Assembly: GCF_045037415.1 (NCBI RefSeq)
Contig: NZ_CP173438.1
Origin: Escherichia coli
Lineage (GTDB): Bacteria > Pseudomonadota > Gammaproteobacteria > Enterobacterales > Enterobacteriaceae
Direction: 5' to 3' (one strand)
Length of the DNA: 64,000 bases
The notes under the pieces were generated by a model. It was not told where the DNA came from, made no database searches, and saw only the letters and a program-made list of their open reading frames with translations. Position numbers and translations under genes: made by a program. Each line of letters starts with the position of its first letter. Positions within the stretch are counted from its first letter, which is position 1. This document shows positions 10,628-21,822 of this stretch, piece after piece.

Positions 10628-12282
10628 TCGGCCCGACCGCGCGCCAGCCACAGCACGCGTGAGAACATTTTTTTCAGCAGCGTCGGTACGGAGTCCACAC
10701 CACGACGTCCGGCCTCCATTGCCACTTCAATGGCAAGATCGGGTTTGGAAGAGCGATGGATCGCTTTCGAGATAATTTTGCGCAGATTCATCGGTATATT
10801 TTCCGGGATTTGCGCCACGCGGTGGAACACATCGGAAAATCCCTGGCGATACATAAAATGTTCCATATCCAGCGCCGGTAACGCCGTTAAATGTTCTCGT
10901 TCGGCTTCCCGATCATTATTCAACAGGCTGCGTACCGTAGCGGCATATTTCTTCCCTGCTTCATCGCCATCGACCAGTACATGCCATTCAATCCCCATTC
11001 GCCGGGCAAATTTAACCAGTGGCTTTAGCCCGGACTGGGCAAACTCAATGACCTTGATCCCTTCGGCATCAAAATGATGTCCGCACTGACGCGCCAGTTC
11101 ATTGATAACCCAGGTTTCCGTTTCCCCTTCCACCAGCAGCCAACAACGGGCAAACAGCGATGACGGACGGTTAAAACGAATGTGAAAGGAGATGCGTCGG
11201 CTATCTTCGGTACTCAAGCCACTCGGTCCCAGACGCCAGGCGGCAACGCGAGAGGACTCACGTACCAGTCGGCAAACATGCTCTACCGGCGTTAACGAAA
11301 GCAACTCTCCCGAGTTGGTAGTAGCGATGCGCTGCAATGGCAGAAGGTTCAACAGATGCCAGGCAACTGAAAGCATAATGGGGTGCAAACGGGTTTCTGG
11401 ATCTTCGATCAGCAACAATGGACGGGCGTCTTTATCCAGTCGCAATGTGCCTTTTGCCTGCAACAAAGTAGCAAACAGGCCGAGCAAAATAACCCGATAC
11501 GAGCGCCCTCCAGGTCGGTCAATCATCCGGTTGATGATATCCAGATAGCGCCAGCTTCGTTGCTCATTGCTGGCTCGCCGCCGCATTAAACGATATCGCG
11601 CCTGTCCAGCTCCCTGCTCAGAAAAATAATGCTCAAGCAGTTGCACCATTGCGGAAAGTCCCTGACGAATCTGTCCATCAGAGAGATTTTGCGGATGTGA
11701 GGACAACTCACGGGCGAGGAAATCGAGCTGGCGCGCGGTGACTTCCACATTGGGGACATTTGGCACCGTGCCGTTACGAATACGGCGCATAAAACGGGCA
11801 TCACGCAAGCGCAGCACCGGCATTAAACGCACCAGATGACGAGCCTGATCGTTAATATCCTCAACATCAATCGGATGTCCGTCTTTATCGAGAAAACTGC
11901 GCAGTGTCATCACGCTGCCGTCTTCCGCACTCTCCCCTTCCAGACGATAAAAAATACGGTGATAACCATCGGTGCATGGCGTCCAGCACGCTTCCAGCGG
12001 CCGATAGCGGCGAACCCGATGTCGGCCTGGCAGCGATTCGCGGAAGGTCAAAATAATATGCAGATGATGTTCTCGCCCGTTGATATCTCCCGGCGGGAAC
12101 CAGAAATCATCGCGCTCAAAATGGTAGAGATCTGATTCTGGCGATAGCAGCAGGGTTAAGGCGTCCAGCAAGCTGGATTTACCCCACGCGTTCTCCCCAA
12201 TCAGGACGTTGTTTTGTTCCAGCATCAACGACAAACGGTTGATACCGCGAAAACCCACAATTTCAACGCGCTCAAGAATCAT
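10624..12282 (-). CDS. ybjD: OLD-family ATP-dependent endonuclease homolog (N-terminal ABC-like ATPase, C-terminal Toprim)
   Basis: 552-aa ORF; Walker A GENAWGKSS near the N-terminus; C-terminal LVEGETE ... VDGDEAG resembles the Toprim acidic signature. Confidence 0.85.
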   Translation of the reverse strand: MILERVEIVGFRGINRLSLMLEQNNVLIGENAWGKSSLLDALTLLLSPESDLYHFERDDFWFPPGDINGREHHLHIILTFRESLPGRHRVRRYRPLEACWTPCTDGYHRIFYRLEGESAEDGSVMTLRSFLDKDGHPIDVEDINDQARHLVRLMPVLRLRDARFMRRIRNGTVPNVPNVEVTARQLDFLARELSSHPQNLSDGQIRQGLSAMVQLLEHYFSEQGAGQARYRLMRRRASNEQRSWRYLDIINRMIDRPGGRSYRVILLGLFATLLQAKGTLRLDKDARPLLLIEDPETRLHPIMLSVAWHLLNLLPLQRIATTNSGELLSLTPVEHVCRLVRESSRVAAWRLGPSGLSTEDSRRISFHIRFNRPSSLFARCWLLVEGETETWVINELARQCGHHFDAEGIKVIEFAQSGLKPLVKFARRMGIEWHVLVDGDEAGKKYAATVRSLLNNDREAEREHLTALPALDMEHFMYRQGFSDVFHRVAQIPENIPMNLRKIISKAIHRSSKPDLAIEVAMEAGRRGVDSVPTLLKKMFSRVLWLARGRAD

Positions 12283-12706
12283 ATCCCCTCCAGAAATATG
12301 TGACTTATTCTTTACGCTGGCAGTATAACGGGAAAGGCCTGCTAATACGTGATGGCATCACATTTAAGCATGGCAAATGTCTGAAAAATGAGCGAATAAT
12401 CGCGTTATACTCCCTCTTGCTGATAAGCCTGCAAAAACAACAAAATCAAATAATTAGCATGATAAATTATTTTTTATTACGCCTAAAGGATTAAATCTTT
12501 CGCTTGCACTACACTGTCAATCAGACAAATGACTATATGGGGCAACCCGCTGTTGCCCTAAATCAAATTTACTGGATTTATTTATCTGGCGAATGATTTG
12601 CCTTCGTTTTTAAAATAGCCGCGCATTATTTCCGTCGTCACTTTTTTACGACGACCCTATAAAACGACCATATTTTTCACAGGGTCAATTTTTAATTGAG
12701 GTGGAT

Positions 12707-13402
12707 ATGTTCAGAAAATTAGCAGCTGAATGTTTTGGTACTTTCTGGCTTGTTTTTGGCGGCTGTGGTAGTGCCGTACTGGCCGCAGGCTTCCCGGAAT
12801 TAGGCATTGGTTTTGCCGGCGTGGCGTTGGCGTTCGGTCTGACCGTTCTGACAATGGCCTTTGCTGTTGGTCATATTTCTGGTGGTCATTTTAACCCGGC
12901 GGTCACTATTGGTTTATGGGCTGGCGGACGTTTCCCGGCAAAAGAAGTCGTTGGCTACGTAATTGCCCAGGTTGTCGGCGGTATTGTTGCGGCGGCGCTG
13001 CTGTATTTAATTGCCAGTGGTAAAACGGGTTTTGACGCGGCAGCCAGCGGTTTTGCTTCTAACGGTTATGGCGAGCATTCACCAGGCGGTTATTCCATGC
13101 TTTCCGCGCTGGTAGTTGAACTGGTATTGAGTGCAGGTTTCCTGCTGGTGATCCACGGCGCAACTGACAAATTCGCTCCTGCTGGTTTTGCGCCAATTGC
13201 CATTGGTCTGGCCTTAACCCTGATTCACTTAATCAGTATTCCGGTGACTAACACTTCCGTTAACCCGGCGCGCAGTACTGCGGTTGCTATCTTCCAGGGC
13301 GGCTGGGCATTAAAACAACTGTGGTTCTTCTGGGTGGTGCCAATTGTCGGCGGTATTATCGGTGGTCTGATTTACCGGACTCTACTGGAAAAGCGTAATT
13401 AA
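12707..13402 (+). CDS. aqpZ: Aquaporin Z
   Basis: ORF 12701..13402 (GTG); known N-terminus [15 protein letters not shown] at ATG 12707 with RBS gaggtgga; two NPA motifs ([14 protein letters not shown]). Confidence 0.92.
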   Translation: MFRKLAAECFGTFWLVFGGCGSAVLAAGFPELGIGFAGVALAFGLTVLTMAFAVGHISGGHFNPAVTIGLWAGGRFPAKEVVGYVIAQVVGGIVAAALLYLIASGKTGFDAAASGFASNGYGEHSPGGYSMLSALVVELVLSAGFLLVIHGATDKFAPAGFAPIAIGLALTLIHLISIPVTNTSVNPARSTAVAIFQGGWALKQLWFFWVVPIVGGIIGGLIYRTLLEKRN

Positions 13403-13412
13403 TTAACGCAGA

Positions 13413-13441
13413 AGGCCTGGCGCAATGTCAGGCCTTTTTTT
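13413..13441 (+). terminator. Putative rho-independent terminator of aqpZ
   Basis: Stem aggcctg/caggcct with 9-nt loop followed by a T6 run. Confidence 0.55.
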
Positions 13442-13520
13442 AAGATGTTGTTATATGTTGATTCATCATCTTGTTGCGCTCCTTTCATGAGCTAAGCCAC
13501 ATATTGCCACTGGCGCAAGG

Positions 13521-13645
13521 AGCGTGCAGGGGGCGGCCAATCGCCGCCGCCCCCTGCACCCCCGGGCTCTGGCGAACAAAATCGCCGCTGCGCGGTGCCC
13601 TCGACTTATCCCTTACGGCTACCGGGTCGGCGATTTTGACGCCAC
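13521..13645. repeat. GC-rich structured intergenic element: perfect 14-bp inverted repeat plus a flanking 10-bp long-range inverted repeat
   Basis: gtgcagggggcggc (13524-13537) / gccgccccctgcac (13546-13559) with 8-nt spacer; caaaatcgcc (13577-13586) / ggcgattttg (13629-13638). Confidence 0.5.
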
Positions 13646-13816
13646 CAACACCGGTGCGGTTTGTAATTAAAGCGCAAGAATATCTTTAAATGAAAATGAA
13701 TACCCTACCGATCCTTATGCATAACATTTCCTTTTAATTGCAACTTTACTCGTCCTTCCGCTTTCAGTAGTGTGTCATCGCGCATTTCGAATCTTCTTTG
13801 CAAGGACTGGGTTTTC

Positions 13817-14716
13817 ATGTTTTCTGGGCTGTTAATCATTCTGGTTCCCCTGATTGTGGGTTACCTCATTCCGCTTCGCCAAAAAGCTGCATTAAGAGTT
13901 ATTAATCAGCTCTTAAGCTGGATGGTTTACCTTATTCTCTTTTTTATGGGTATCAGTCTGGCGTTTCTCGATAACCTCGCCAGTAACTTGTTGGCAATTC
14001 TGCATTATTCTGCCGTCAGTACTACCGTTATTTTACTGTGTAATATTGCCGCCCTGATGTGGCTGGAGCGCGGCCTGCCATGGAGCAACCACCATCAGCA
14101 AGAAAAACTCCCGTCGCGTATTGCGATGGCGCTGGAGTCGCTAAAACTGTGCGGCGTAGTAGTGATTGGTTTTGCCATTGGTCTGAGTGGACTGGCTTTC
14201 TTACAACACGCGACCGAAGCCAGTGAATACACCTTAATTCTGCTGCTTTTCCTCGTCGGTATTCAGTTGCGCAATAATGGCATGACCTTAAAGCAGATTG
14301 TCCTTAATCGCCGGGGAATGATTGTCGCCGTGGTGGTGGTTGCCAGTTCATTAATTGGTGGTTTAATTAACGCCTTTATTCTTGATCTTCCCATCAATAC
14401 CGCGCTGGCAATGGCCTCCGGTTTCGGCTGGTATTCTCTTTCCGGTATTTTATTGACCGAATCTTTTGGTCCGGTAATCGGGAGCGCGGCGTTTTTTAAT
14501 GATCTGGCCCGTGAGCTGATTGCTATTATGTTAATCCCTGGGCTGATTCGCCGTAGCCGCTCTACTGCACTGGGCTTATGCGGTGCGACGTCGATGGATT
14601 TCACCCTGCCCGTTCTTCAACGTACAGGCGGGCTGGATATGGTCCCGGCGGCGATTGTTCACGGTTTTATTCTTAGTCTGTTAGTGCCGATTCTCATCGC
14701 CTTTTTCTCTGCATAA
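13817..14716 (+). CDS. lysO: Lysine exporter LysO (YbjE), 299 aa
   Basis: ORF 13772..14716; N-terminus MFSGLLIILVPLIVGY at ATG 13817; polytopic membrane protein. Confidence 0.85.
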   Translation: MFSGLLIILVPLIVGYLIPLRQKAALRVINQLLSWMVYLILFFMGISLAFLDNLASNLLAILHYSAVSTTVILLCNIAALMWLERGLPWSNHHQQEKLPSRIAMALESLKLCGVVVIGFAIGLSGLAFLQHATEASEYTLILLLFLVGIQLRNNGMTLKQIVLNRRGMIVAVVVVASSLIGGLINAFILDLPINTALAMASGFGWYSLSGILLTESFGPVIGSAAFFNDLARELIAIMLIPGLIRRSRSTALGLCGATSMDFTLPVLQRTGGLDMVPAAIVHGFILSLLVPILIAFFSA

Positions 14717-14749
14717 TACCTCTCTGGCGGTAGATCTCTGCCGCCAAAA

Positions 14750-14763
14750 TTGCGCTAAATCAA
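14750..14763. promoter_or_regulatory. Putative FNR-binding site in the hcp promoter
   Basis: TTGCGctaaATCAA resembles the FNR consensus TTGAT-N4-ATCAA (right half-site perfect); hcp is known to be anaerobically induced. Confidence 0.4.
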
Positions 14764-14822
14764 TCTCCCTTAAAGTTGCATTAAAAATCTCTTTTATCCC
14801 CGCGTTAAGCGTCTTAACCTTA

Positions 14823-14845
14823 AACATGTATATTAAATATAACTT
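14823..14845. promoter_or_regulatory. Putative NsrR operator in the hcp promoter
   Basis: AT-rich imperfect palindrome aacatgtatattaaatataactt resembling the NsrR consensus (AAGATGyATTT-n-AAATrCATCTT), just upstream of the hcp start. Confidence 0.4.
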
Positions 14846-14859
14846 TAAAAGGTGTGATC

Positions 14860-16512
14860 ATGTTTTGTGTGCAATGTGAACAAACTATCCGTACTCCGGC
14901 AGGAAACGGCTGCTCATACGCGCAGGGGATGTGTGGTAAAACGGCGGAAACCTCTGACCTTCAGGATTTACTCATCGCGACGCTGCAAGGGCTTTCGGCC
15001 TGGGCAGTGAAAGCACGTGAATACGGCATCATCAACCACGATGTAGACAGCTTTGCGCCACGTGCCTTTTTCTCAACCCTGACCAACGTTAACTTCGATT
15101 CTCCGCGTATTATCGGCTACGCTCGTGAAGCGATTGCCCTGCGCGAGGCGCTGAAAGCACAATGCCTGGCTGTAGATGCCAACGCCCGCGTCGATAACCC
15201 GATGGCTGACCTGCAACTGGTGAGCGACGATCTCGGCGAGCTGCAACGTCAGGCAGCAGAATTTACCCCTAACAAAGATAAAGCGGCGATTGGCGAAAAC
15301 ATTCTCGGCCTGCGTCTGCTGTGCCTGTATGGCCTGAAAGGTGCGGCGGCCTATATGGAACACGCGCATGTTCTCGGTCAATACGACAACGATATTTATG
15401 CCCAGTACCATAAAATCATGGCGTGGCTGGGGACCTGGCCTGCCGATATGAACGCGCTTCTTGAGTGTTCAATGGAAATCGGCCAGATGAACTTCAAAGT
15501 GATGAGCATTCTGGACGCAGGCGAAACCGGTAAATACGGTCACCCGACCCCAACCCAGGTCAATGTCAAAGCGACGGCAGGTAAATGCATCCTGATTTCC
15601 GGTCACGATCTCAAAGATCTCTACAACCTGCTGGAACAGACCGAAGGCACGGGCGTTAATGTCTACACCCACGGCGAAATGCTGCCTGCGCATGGTTACC
15701 CGGAGCTGCGTAAATTCAAGCATCTGGTCGGTAACTACGGCAGCGGCTGGCAGAATCAGCAAGTGGAGTTCGCTCGTTTCCCAGGCCCCATCGTGATGAC
15801 CTCGAACTGCATCATCGACCCAACCGTAGGCGCTTATGACGATCGTATCTGGACCCGCAGCATCGTTGGCTGGCCGGGTGTGCGCCATCTGGATGGCGAA
15901 GATTTCTCTGCGGTCATTGCCCAGGCGCAACAGATGGCGGGCTTCCCGTACAGCGAAATTCCGCACCTGATCACCGTGGGCTTTGGTCGCCAGACACTGC
16001 TTGGCGCAGCCGATACGCTGATTGATCTGGTGAGCCGTGAAAAACTGCGTCATATCTTCCTGCTTGGCGGCTGTGACGGCGCACGCGGCGAGCGTCACTA
16101 CTTCACCGATTTCGCCACCAGCGTGCCGGATGACTGCCTGATCCTGACCCTCGCTTGCGGTAAATATCGCTTTAATAAACTTGAGTTTGGCGATATCGAA
16201 GGTCTGCCGCGTCTGGTAGATGCTGGTCAGTGTAACGATGCTTACTCAGCAATTATTCTGGCGGTAACGCTGGCAGAGAAACTGGGCTGCGGAGTCAACG
16301 ATCTGCCGCTGTCGCTGGTGCTCTCCTGGTTTGAACAGAAAGCGATTGTCATTCTGCTGACGCTGCTTTCTCTGGGTGTGAAAAATATCGTCACCGGCCC
16401 GACTGCACCTGGTTTCCTGACACCAGACCTGCTGGCGGTGCTGAACGAGAAATTCGGCCTGCGTTCTATCACCACTGTTGAAGAAGACATGAAGCAACTG
16501 TTGAGCGCGTAA
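14860..16512 (+). CDS. hcp: Hybrid-cluster protein (hydroxylamine reductase / NO reductase) Hcp
   Basis: ORF 14854..16512; N-terminus MFCVQCEQT with the N-terminal Cys cluster at ATG 14860; 550 aa. Confidence 0.95.
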   Translation: MFCVQCEQTIRTPAGNGCSYAQGMCGKTAETSDLQDLLIATLQGLSAWAVKAREYGIINHDVDSFAPRAFFSTLTNVNFDSPRIIGYAREAIALREALKAQCLAVDANARVDNPMADLQLVSDDLGELQRQAAEFTPNKDKAAIGENILGLRLLCLYGLKGAAAYMEHAHVLGQYDNDIYAQYHKIMAWLGTWPADMNALLECSMEIGQMNFKVMSILDAGETGKYGHPTPTQVNVKATAGKCILISGHDLKDLYNLLEQTEGTGVNVYTHGEMLPAHGYPELRKFKHLVGNYGSGWQNQQVEFARFPGPIVMTSNCIIDPTVGAYDDRIWTRSIVGWPGVRHLDGEDFSAVIAQAQQMAGFPYSEIPHLITVGFGRQTLLGAADTLIDLVSREKLRHIFLLGGCDGARGERHYFTDFATSVPDDCLILTLACGKYRFNKLEFGDIEGLPRLVDAGQCNDAYSAIILAVTLAEKLGCGVNDLPLSLVLSWFEQKAIVILLTLLSLGVKNIVTGPTAPGFLTPDLLAVLNEKFGLRSITTVEEDMKQLLSA

Positions 16513-16523
16513 GGAGTTTGTCG

Positions 16524-17492
16524 ATGACGATGCCAACGAATCAATGCCCGTGGCGGATGCAGGTTCATCACATTACGCAAGAAACGCCGGATGTGTGGAC
16601 GATTTCCCTGATTTGCCACGATTACTACCCGTATCGCGCCGGGCAATATGCGCTGGTCAGCGTGCGAAACTCAGCAGAAACGCTGCGTGCTTACACCATT
16701 TCCTCCACGCCAGGCGTGAGTGAATACATCACCCTGACTGTGCGGCGGATTGATGACGGTGTCGGCTCCCGGTGGCTGACGCGCGATGTAAAACGCGGTG
16801 ATTATCTCTGGCTTTCGGACGCGATGGGGGAATTTACCTGCGACGATAAAGCAGAAGATAAATTCCTGTTGCTGGCGGCAGGCTGCGGCGTCACGCCGAT
16901 TATGTCGATGCGTCGCTGGCTGGCGAAGAACCGTCCACAGGCCGATGTGCAGGTGATCTACAACGTGCGTACGCCGCAGGATGTGATTTTCGCCGATGAG
17001 TGGCGTAACTATCCGGTAACGCTGGTGGCGGAAAATAACGTTACCGAAGGCTTTATCGCTGGTCGTCTCACTCGCGAACTGCTGGCAGGTGTCCCTGATT
17101 TAGCCTCACGTACCGTGATGACCTGTGGCCCTGCTCCATATATGGATTGGGTAGAGCAGGAAGTGAAAACGCTCGGCGTGACGCGTTTCTTTAAAGAGAA
17201 ATTCTTCACCCCAGTAGCGGAAGCGGCGACCAGCGGTCTGAAATTCACCAAACTGCAACCGGCACGAGAATTTTACGCTCCGGTTGGCACCACGCTACTG
17301 GAGGCGCTGGAAAGCAATAACGTTCCGGTTGTCGCCGCCTGCCGTGCGGGTGTTTGCGGCTGCTGTAAGACGAAAGTGATTTCCGGTGAATATACGGTGA
17401 GCAGCACAATGACGCTGACCGACGCCGAAATCGCTGAAGGTTACGTACTGGCCTGCTCATGCCATCCGCAGGGGGATTTGGTTTTCGCATAA
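16524..17492 (+). CDS. hcr: NADH oxidoreductase for Hcp (FAD/NAD-binding, 2Fe-2S ferredoxin domain)
   Basis: ORF 16518..17492; ATG 16524 preceded by aaggag; C-terminal CRAGVCGCC cluster; 5 nt after the hcp stop. Confidence 0.9.
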   Translation: MTMPTNQCPWRMQVHHITQETPDVWTISLICHDYYPYRAGQYALVSVRNSAETLRAYTISSTPGVSEYITLTVRRIDDGVGSRWLTRDVKRGDYLWLSDAMGEFTCDDKAEDKFLLLAAGCGVTPIMSMRRWLAKNRPQADVQVIYNVRTPQDVIFADEWRNYPVTLVAENNVTEGFIAGRLTRELLAGVPDLASRTVMTCGPAPYMDWVEQEVKTLGVTRFFKEKFFTPVAEAATSGLKFTKLQPAREFYAPVGTTLLEALESNNVPVVAACRAGVCGCCKTKVISGEYTVSSTMTLTDAEIAEGYVLACSCHPQGDLVFA

Positions 17493-17501
17493 TCGCCTGA
17501 T

Positions 17502-17533
17502 GCCCGATGATATTCCTTTCATCGGGCTATTTA
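17502..17533 (+). terminator. Putative terminator hairpin after hcr
   Basis: 9-bp stem gcccgatga/tcatcgggc with 8-nt loop followed by tattta. Confidence 0.4.
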
Positions 17534-17624
17534 ACCGTTAGTGCCTCCTTTTTCTCCCATCCCTTCCCCCTCCGTCAGATGAACTAAACTTGTTACCGTT
17601 ATCACATTCAGGAGATGGAGAACC

Positions 17625-19343
17625 ATGAAACAAACGGTTGCAGCTTATATCGCCAAAACACTCGAATCGGCAGGCGTGAAACGCATCTGGGGAGTCACGG
17701 GCGACTCTCTGAACGGTCTTAGTGACAGTCTTAATCGCATGGGCACCATCGAGTGGATGTCCACCCGGCATGAAGAAGTGGCGGCATTTGCCGCTGGCGC
17801 TGAAGCACAACTTAGCGGAGAACTGGCGGTCTGTGCCGGATCGTGCGGTCCCGGCAACCTGCACTTAATCAACGGCCTGTTCGATTGCCACCGCAATCAC
17901 GTTCCGGTACTGGCGATTGCCGCTCATATTCCCTCCAGCGAAATTGGCAGCGGCTATTTCCAGGAAACCCACCCACAAGAGCTATTCCGCGAATGTAGTC
18001 ACTATTGCGAGCTGGTTTCCAGCCCAGAGCAGATCCCACAAGTGCTGGCAATTGCTATGCGCAAAGCGGTGCTTAACCGTGGCGTTTCCGTTGTTGTGTT
18101 ACCGGGCGATGTGGCGTTAAAACCTGCGCCAGAAGGGGCAACTACCCACTGGTATCATGCGCCACAGCCGGTAGTAACACCGGAAGAAGAAGAGTTACGC
18201 AAACTGGCGCAACTGCTGCGTTATTCCAGCAATATCGCCCTGATGTGTGGCAGCGGCTGTGCGGGGGCGCATAAAGAGTTAGTTGAGTTTGCCGGGAAAA
18301 TTAAAGCGCCTATAGTCCATGCCCTGCGCGGTAAAGAACATGTCGAATACGATAATCCATATGATGTTGGAATGACGGGATTAATCGGCTTTTCGTCAGG
18401 TTTCCATACCATGATGAACGCCGATACGTTAGTGCTGCTCGGTACTCAGTTTCCCTACCGTGTGTTCTACCCGACCGATGCCAAAATTATTCAGATTGAT
18501 ATCAACCCAGCCAGCATCGGCGCGCATAGCAAGGTAGATATGGCGCTGGTCGGCGATATCAAATCAACCCTGCGCGCATTGCTGCCACTGGTGGAAGAAA
18601 AAACCGAACGCAAGTTTCTGGATAAGGCGCTGGAAGATTACCGCGACGCCCGCAAAGGGCTGGACGATTTAGCTAAACCGAGCGAGAAAGCCATTCACCC
18701 GCAATATCTGGCGCAGCAAATTAGTCATTTTGCCGCCGATGACGCTATTTTCACCTGTGACGTTGGTACGCCAACGGTGTGGGCGGCACGTTATCTAAAA
18801 ATGAACGGCAAGCGTCGCCTGTTAGGTTCGTTTAACCATGGTTCGATGGCTAACGCCATGCCGCAGGCGCTGGGCGCGCAGGCAACCGAGCCAGAACGCC
18901 AGGTGGTCGCCATGTGCGGCGATGGCGGTTTTAGCATGTTGATGGGCGATTTCCTCTCGGTAGTGCAAATGAAGCTGCCAGTGAAAATTATCGTCTTTAA
19001 TAACAGCGTGCTGGGCTTTGTGGCGATGGAGATGAAAGCTGGTGGCTATTTGACTGACGGCACCGAACTACACGACACCAACTTTGCCCGAATTGCCGAA
19101 GCCTGCGGCATTACGGGTATCCGCGTAGAAAAAGCGTCTGAAATCGATGAAGCCCTGCAACGCGCCTTCTCCATCGACGGTCCGGTGTTGGTGGATGTGG
19201 TGGTCGCCAAAGAAGAATTAGCCATTCCACCGCAGATCAAACTCGAACAGGCCAAAGGTTTCAGCCTGTATATGCTGCGCGCAATCATCAGCGGGCGCGG
19301 TGATGAAGTGATCGAACTGGCGAAAACGAACTGGCTAAGGTAA
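17625..19343 (+). CDS. poxB: Pyruvate oxidase (ubiquinone-dependent, TPP/FAD)
   Basis: 572-aa ORF; TPP-binding motif GDGGF...N. Confidence 0.95.
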   Translation: MKQTVAAYIAKTLESAGVKRIWGVTGDSLNGLSDSLNRMGTIEWMSTRHEEVAAFAAGAEAQLSGELAVCAGSCGPGNLHLINGLFDCHRNHVPVLAIAAHIPSSEIGSGYFQETHPQELFRECSHYCELVSSPEQIPQVLAIAMRKAVLNRGVSVVVLPGDVALKPAPEGATTHWYHAPQPVVTPEEEELRKLAQLLRYSSNIALMCGSGCAGAHKELVEFAGKIKAPIVHALRGKEHVEYDNPYDVGMTGLIGFSSGFHTMMNADTLVLLGTQFPYRVFYPTDAKIIQIDINPASIGAHSKVDMALVGDIKSTLRALLPLVEEKTERKFLDKALEDYRDARKGLDDLAKPSEKAIHPQYLAQQISHFAADDAIFTCDVGTPTVWAARYLKMNGKRRLLGSFNHGSMANAMPQALGAQATEPERQVVAMCGDGGFSMLMGDFLSVVQMKLPVKIIVFNNSVLGFVAMEMKAGGYLTDGTELHDTNFARIAEACGITGIRVEKASEIDEALQRAFSIDGPVLVDVVVAKEELAIPPQIKLEQAKGFSLYMLRAIISGRGDEVIELAKTNWLR

Positions 19344-19379
19344 AAAGGGTGGCATTTCCCGTCATAATAAGGACATGCC

Positions 19380-20381
19380 ATGATTGATTTACGCAGTGAT
19401 ACCGTTACCCGACCGAGCCGCGCCATGCTCGAAGCGATGATGGCCGCCCCGGTTGGGGACGACGTTTATGGAGACGACCCTACCGTTAATGCTCTGCAGG
19501 ACTATGCAGCAGAGCTTTCCGGTAAAGAAGCCGCCATTTTTCTGCCTACCGGCACTCAGGCCAACCTGGTCGCTCTGCTCAGTCACTGCGAACGCGGCGA
19601 AGAGTATATCGTCGGTCAGGCCGCGCATAACTATCTGTTTGAAGCCGGTGGCGCAGCAGTACTGGGCAGTATTCAGCCGCAACCCATCGACGCAGCTGCC
19701 GACGGTACGCTACCGCTGGATAAAGTGGCGATGAAAATCAAACCCGACGATATCCATTTCGCCCGCACCAAATTACTCAGTCTGGAAAACACCCACAACG
19801 GCAAAGTGCTGCCGCGTGAATACCTGAAAGAAGCATGGGAATTTACCCGCGAGCGCAATCTGGCGCTGCACGTTGACGGTGCGCGCATTTTTAATGCCGT
19901 GGTGGCTTACGGCTGCGAACTGAAAGAGATCACGCAATATTGTGACTCGTTCACCATTTGCCTGTCGAAAGGTCTTGGGACGCCAGTCGGTTCATTACTC
20001 GTCGGTAATCGTGATTACATTAAACGTGCCATTCGCTGGCGGAAAATGACAGGTGGCGGGATGCGTCAGTCCGGCATTCTGGCTGCCGCCGGGATGTATG
20101 CGCTGAAAAATAACGTCGCACGTTTGCAGGAAGACCACGATAACGCCGCCTGGATGGCGGAGCAGTTGCGTGAAGCAGGCGCGGATGTGATGCGTCAGGA
20201 CACCAATATGCTGTTTGTTCGCGTCGGGGAAGAAAATGCTGCCGCGTTAGGCGAATACATGAAAGCGAGAAACGTGCTGATTAACGCCTCGCCGATTGTC
20301 CGCCTGGTGACCCATCTTGACGTCTCGCGTGAACAACTGGCGGAAGTTGCCGCCCACTGGCGTGCGTTCCTGGCGCGTTAA
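19380..20381 (+). CDS. ltaE: Low-specificity L-threonine aldolase
   Basis: 333-aa ORF recognised as LtaE; directly downstream of poxB. Confidence 0.93.
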   Translation: MIDLRSDTVTRPSRAMLEAMMAAPVGDDVYGDDPTVNALQDYAAELSGKEAAIFLPTGTQANLVALLSHCERGEEYIVGQAAHNYLFEAGGAAVLGSIQPQPIDAAADGTLPLDKVAMKIKPDDIHFARTKLLSLENTHNGKVLPREYLKEAWEFTRERNLALHVDGARIFNAVVAYGCELKEITQYCDSFTICLSKGLGTPVGSLLVGNRDYIKRAIRWRKMTGGGMRQSGILAAAGMYALKNNVARLQEDHDNAAWMAEQLREAGADVMRQDTNMLFVRVGEENAAALGEYMKARNVLINASPIVRLVTHLDVSREQLAEVAAHWRAFLAR

Positions 20382-20391
20382 GGAGAGAGAC

Positions 20392-21822
20392 GTGCCGCAA
20401 CGCATTTTAGTTCTCGGTGCCAGTGGCTACATTGGTCAACATCTGGTGCACACACTCAGCCAGCAAGGGCATCAGATCCTGGCGGCGGCACGTCACGTCG
20501 ACAGACTTGCAAAACTGCAACTGGCTAATGTCAGTTGCCATAAAGTCGATCTCAACTGGCCGGATAACCTTCCGGTCCTGTTGCAGAATATTGATACTGT
20601 CTATTTTCTGGTGCACAGCATGGGCGAAGGTGGTGATTTTATCGCTCAGGAGCGCCAGGTGGCTCTCAACGTCCGCGATGCGCTGCGCGAAGTACCGGTA
20701 AAGCAAGTCATCTTTCTCAGTTCATTGCAGGCACCGCCTCATGAACAATCTGATCATCTGCGTGCTCGTCAGGCCACGGCGGATATTTTACGTGAAGCGG
20801 GTGTCCCGGTGACCGAACTACGTGCCGGAATTATCGTTGGCGCGGGTTCAGCGGCATTCGAAGTCATGCGCGATATGGTTTACAACCTGCCAGTATTAAC
20901 GCCACCACGCTGGGTACGTTCACGCACTACGCCCATCGCGCTGGAAAACCTGCTGCACTATCTTGTGGCGCTGTTAGATCATCCGGCTTGCGAACATCGC
21001 ATCTTCGAAGCCGCTGGGCCAGAAGTGCTCAGTTATCAGCAACAGTTTGAACATTTTATGGCGGTGAGCGGTAAGCGCCGCTGGTTGCTCCCCATCCCCC
21101 TCCCCACCCGCTGGATTTCGGTGTGGTTTCTTAATGTGATTACTTCAGTACCGCCCACCACCGCCAGAGCGTTGATTCAGGGGCTGAAACACGATCTGCT
21201 GGCGGATGACACCGCGTTACGTGCACTCATTCCACAACCGCTGATCGCTTTCGATGACGCGGTACGTAGCACGTTGAAAGAGGAAGAAAAACTGGTCAAC
21301 TCCAGCGACTGGGGATATGACGCGCAGGCTTTTGCTCGCTGGCGACCAGAATACGGTTATTTTGCCAAACAGGCGGGGTTTACCGTTAAAACGTCTGCCA
21401 GCCTTCAGGCGCTATGGCGGGTGGTCAATCAAATCGGCGGTAAAGAGCGTTATTTCTTTGGCAATATTTTGTGGCAGACACGGGCGTTGATGGACCTTGC
21501 GATCGGTCATAAGCTGGCAAAAGGCCGCCCGGAGCGCGAATATTTACAGACCGGCGATGCTGTGGATAGCTGGAAAGTCATTGTCGTTGAACCGGAAAAA
21601 CAACTTACGTTGTTATTTGGCATGAAAGCGCCGGGGCTGGGACGACTCTGTTTTACCCTGGAAGATAAAGGCGACTATCGTACAATCGATGTCCGTGCTT
21701 TCTGGCATCCGCACGGTATGCCGGGGCTGTTTTACTGGTTATTGATGATCCCCGCGCATCTGTTTATTTTTCGCGGAATGGCAAAACGAATCGCCAGACT
21801 GGCAGAACAAAGCACAGATTAA
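20392..21822 (+). CDS. ybjT: Putative NAD(P)-binding epimerase/dehydratase-family protein YbjT (476 aa)
   Basis: ORF 20317..21822; likely GTG start at 20392 preceded by aaggagag; Rossmann motif [13 protein letters not shown]. Confidence 0.8.
   Translation: MPQRILVLGASGYIGQHLVHTLSQQGHQILAAARHVDRLAKLQLANVSCHKVDLNWPDNLPVLLQNIDTVYFLVHSMGEGGDFIAQERQVALNVRDALREVPVKQVIFLSSLQAPPHEQSDHLRARQATADILREAGVPVTELRAGIIVGAGSAAFEVMRDMVYNLPVLTPPRWVRSRTTPIALENLLHYLVALLDHPACEHRIFEAAGPEVLSYQQQFEHFMAVSGKRRWLLPIPLPTRWISVWFLNVITSVPPTTARALIQGLKHDLLADDTALRALIPQPLIAFDDAVRSTLKEEEKLVNSSDWGYDAQAFARWRPEYGYFAKQAGFTVKTSASLQALWRVVNQIGGKERYFFGNILWQTRALMDLAIGHKLAKGRPEREYLQTGDAVDSWKVIVVEPEKQLTLLFGMKAPGLGRLCFTLEDKGDYRTIDVRAFWHPHGMPGLFYWLLMIPAHLFIFRGMAKRIARLAEQSTD

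Noticed and set aside
12300-12494. 64-aa ORF in the ybjD-aqpZ intergenic region
   Set aside because: AT-rich divergent promoter region with no convincing RBS and a low-complexity product; more likely promoter DNA.
13471-13689. 72-aa ORF (Pro/Ala/Gly-rich) in the aqpZ-lysO intergenic region
   Set aside because: It overlaps the GC-rich palindromic element; the amino-acid composition is what GC-rich non-coding DNA translates to, there is no RBS, and I recognise no protein. Treated as structured non-coding DNA.
15469-16098. 209-aa ORF antisense to hcp
   Set aside because: Lies entirely within the well-supported hcp coding region on the opposite strand; a typical shadow ORF with no recognisable product.
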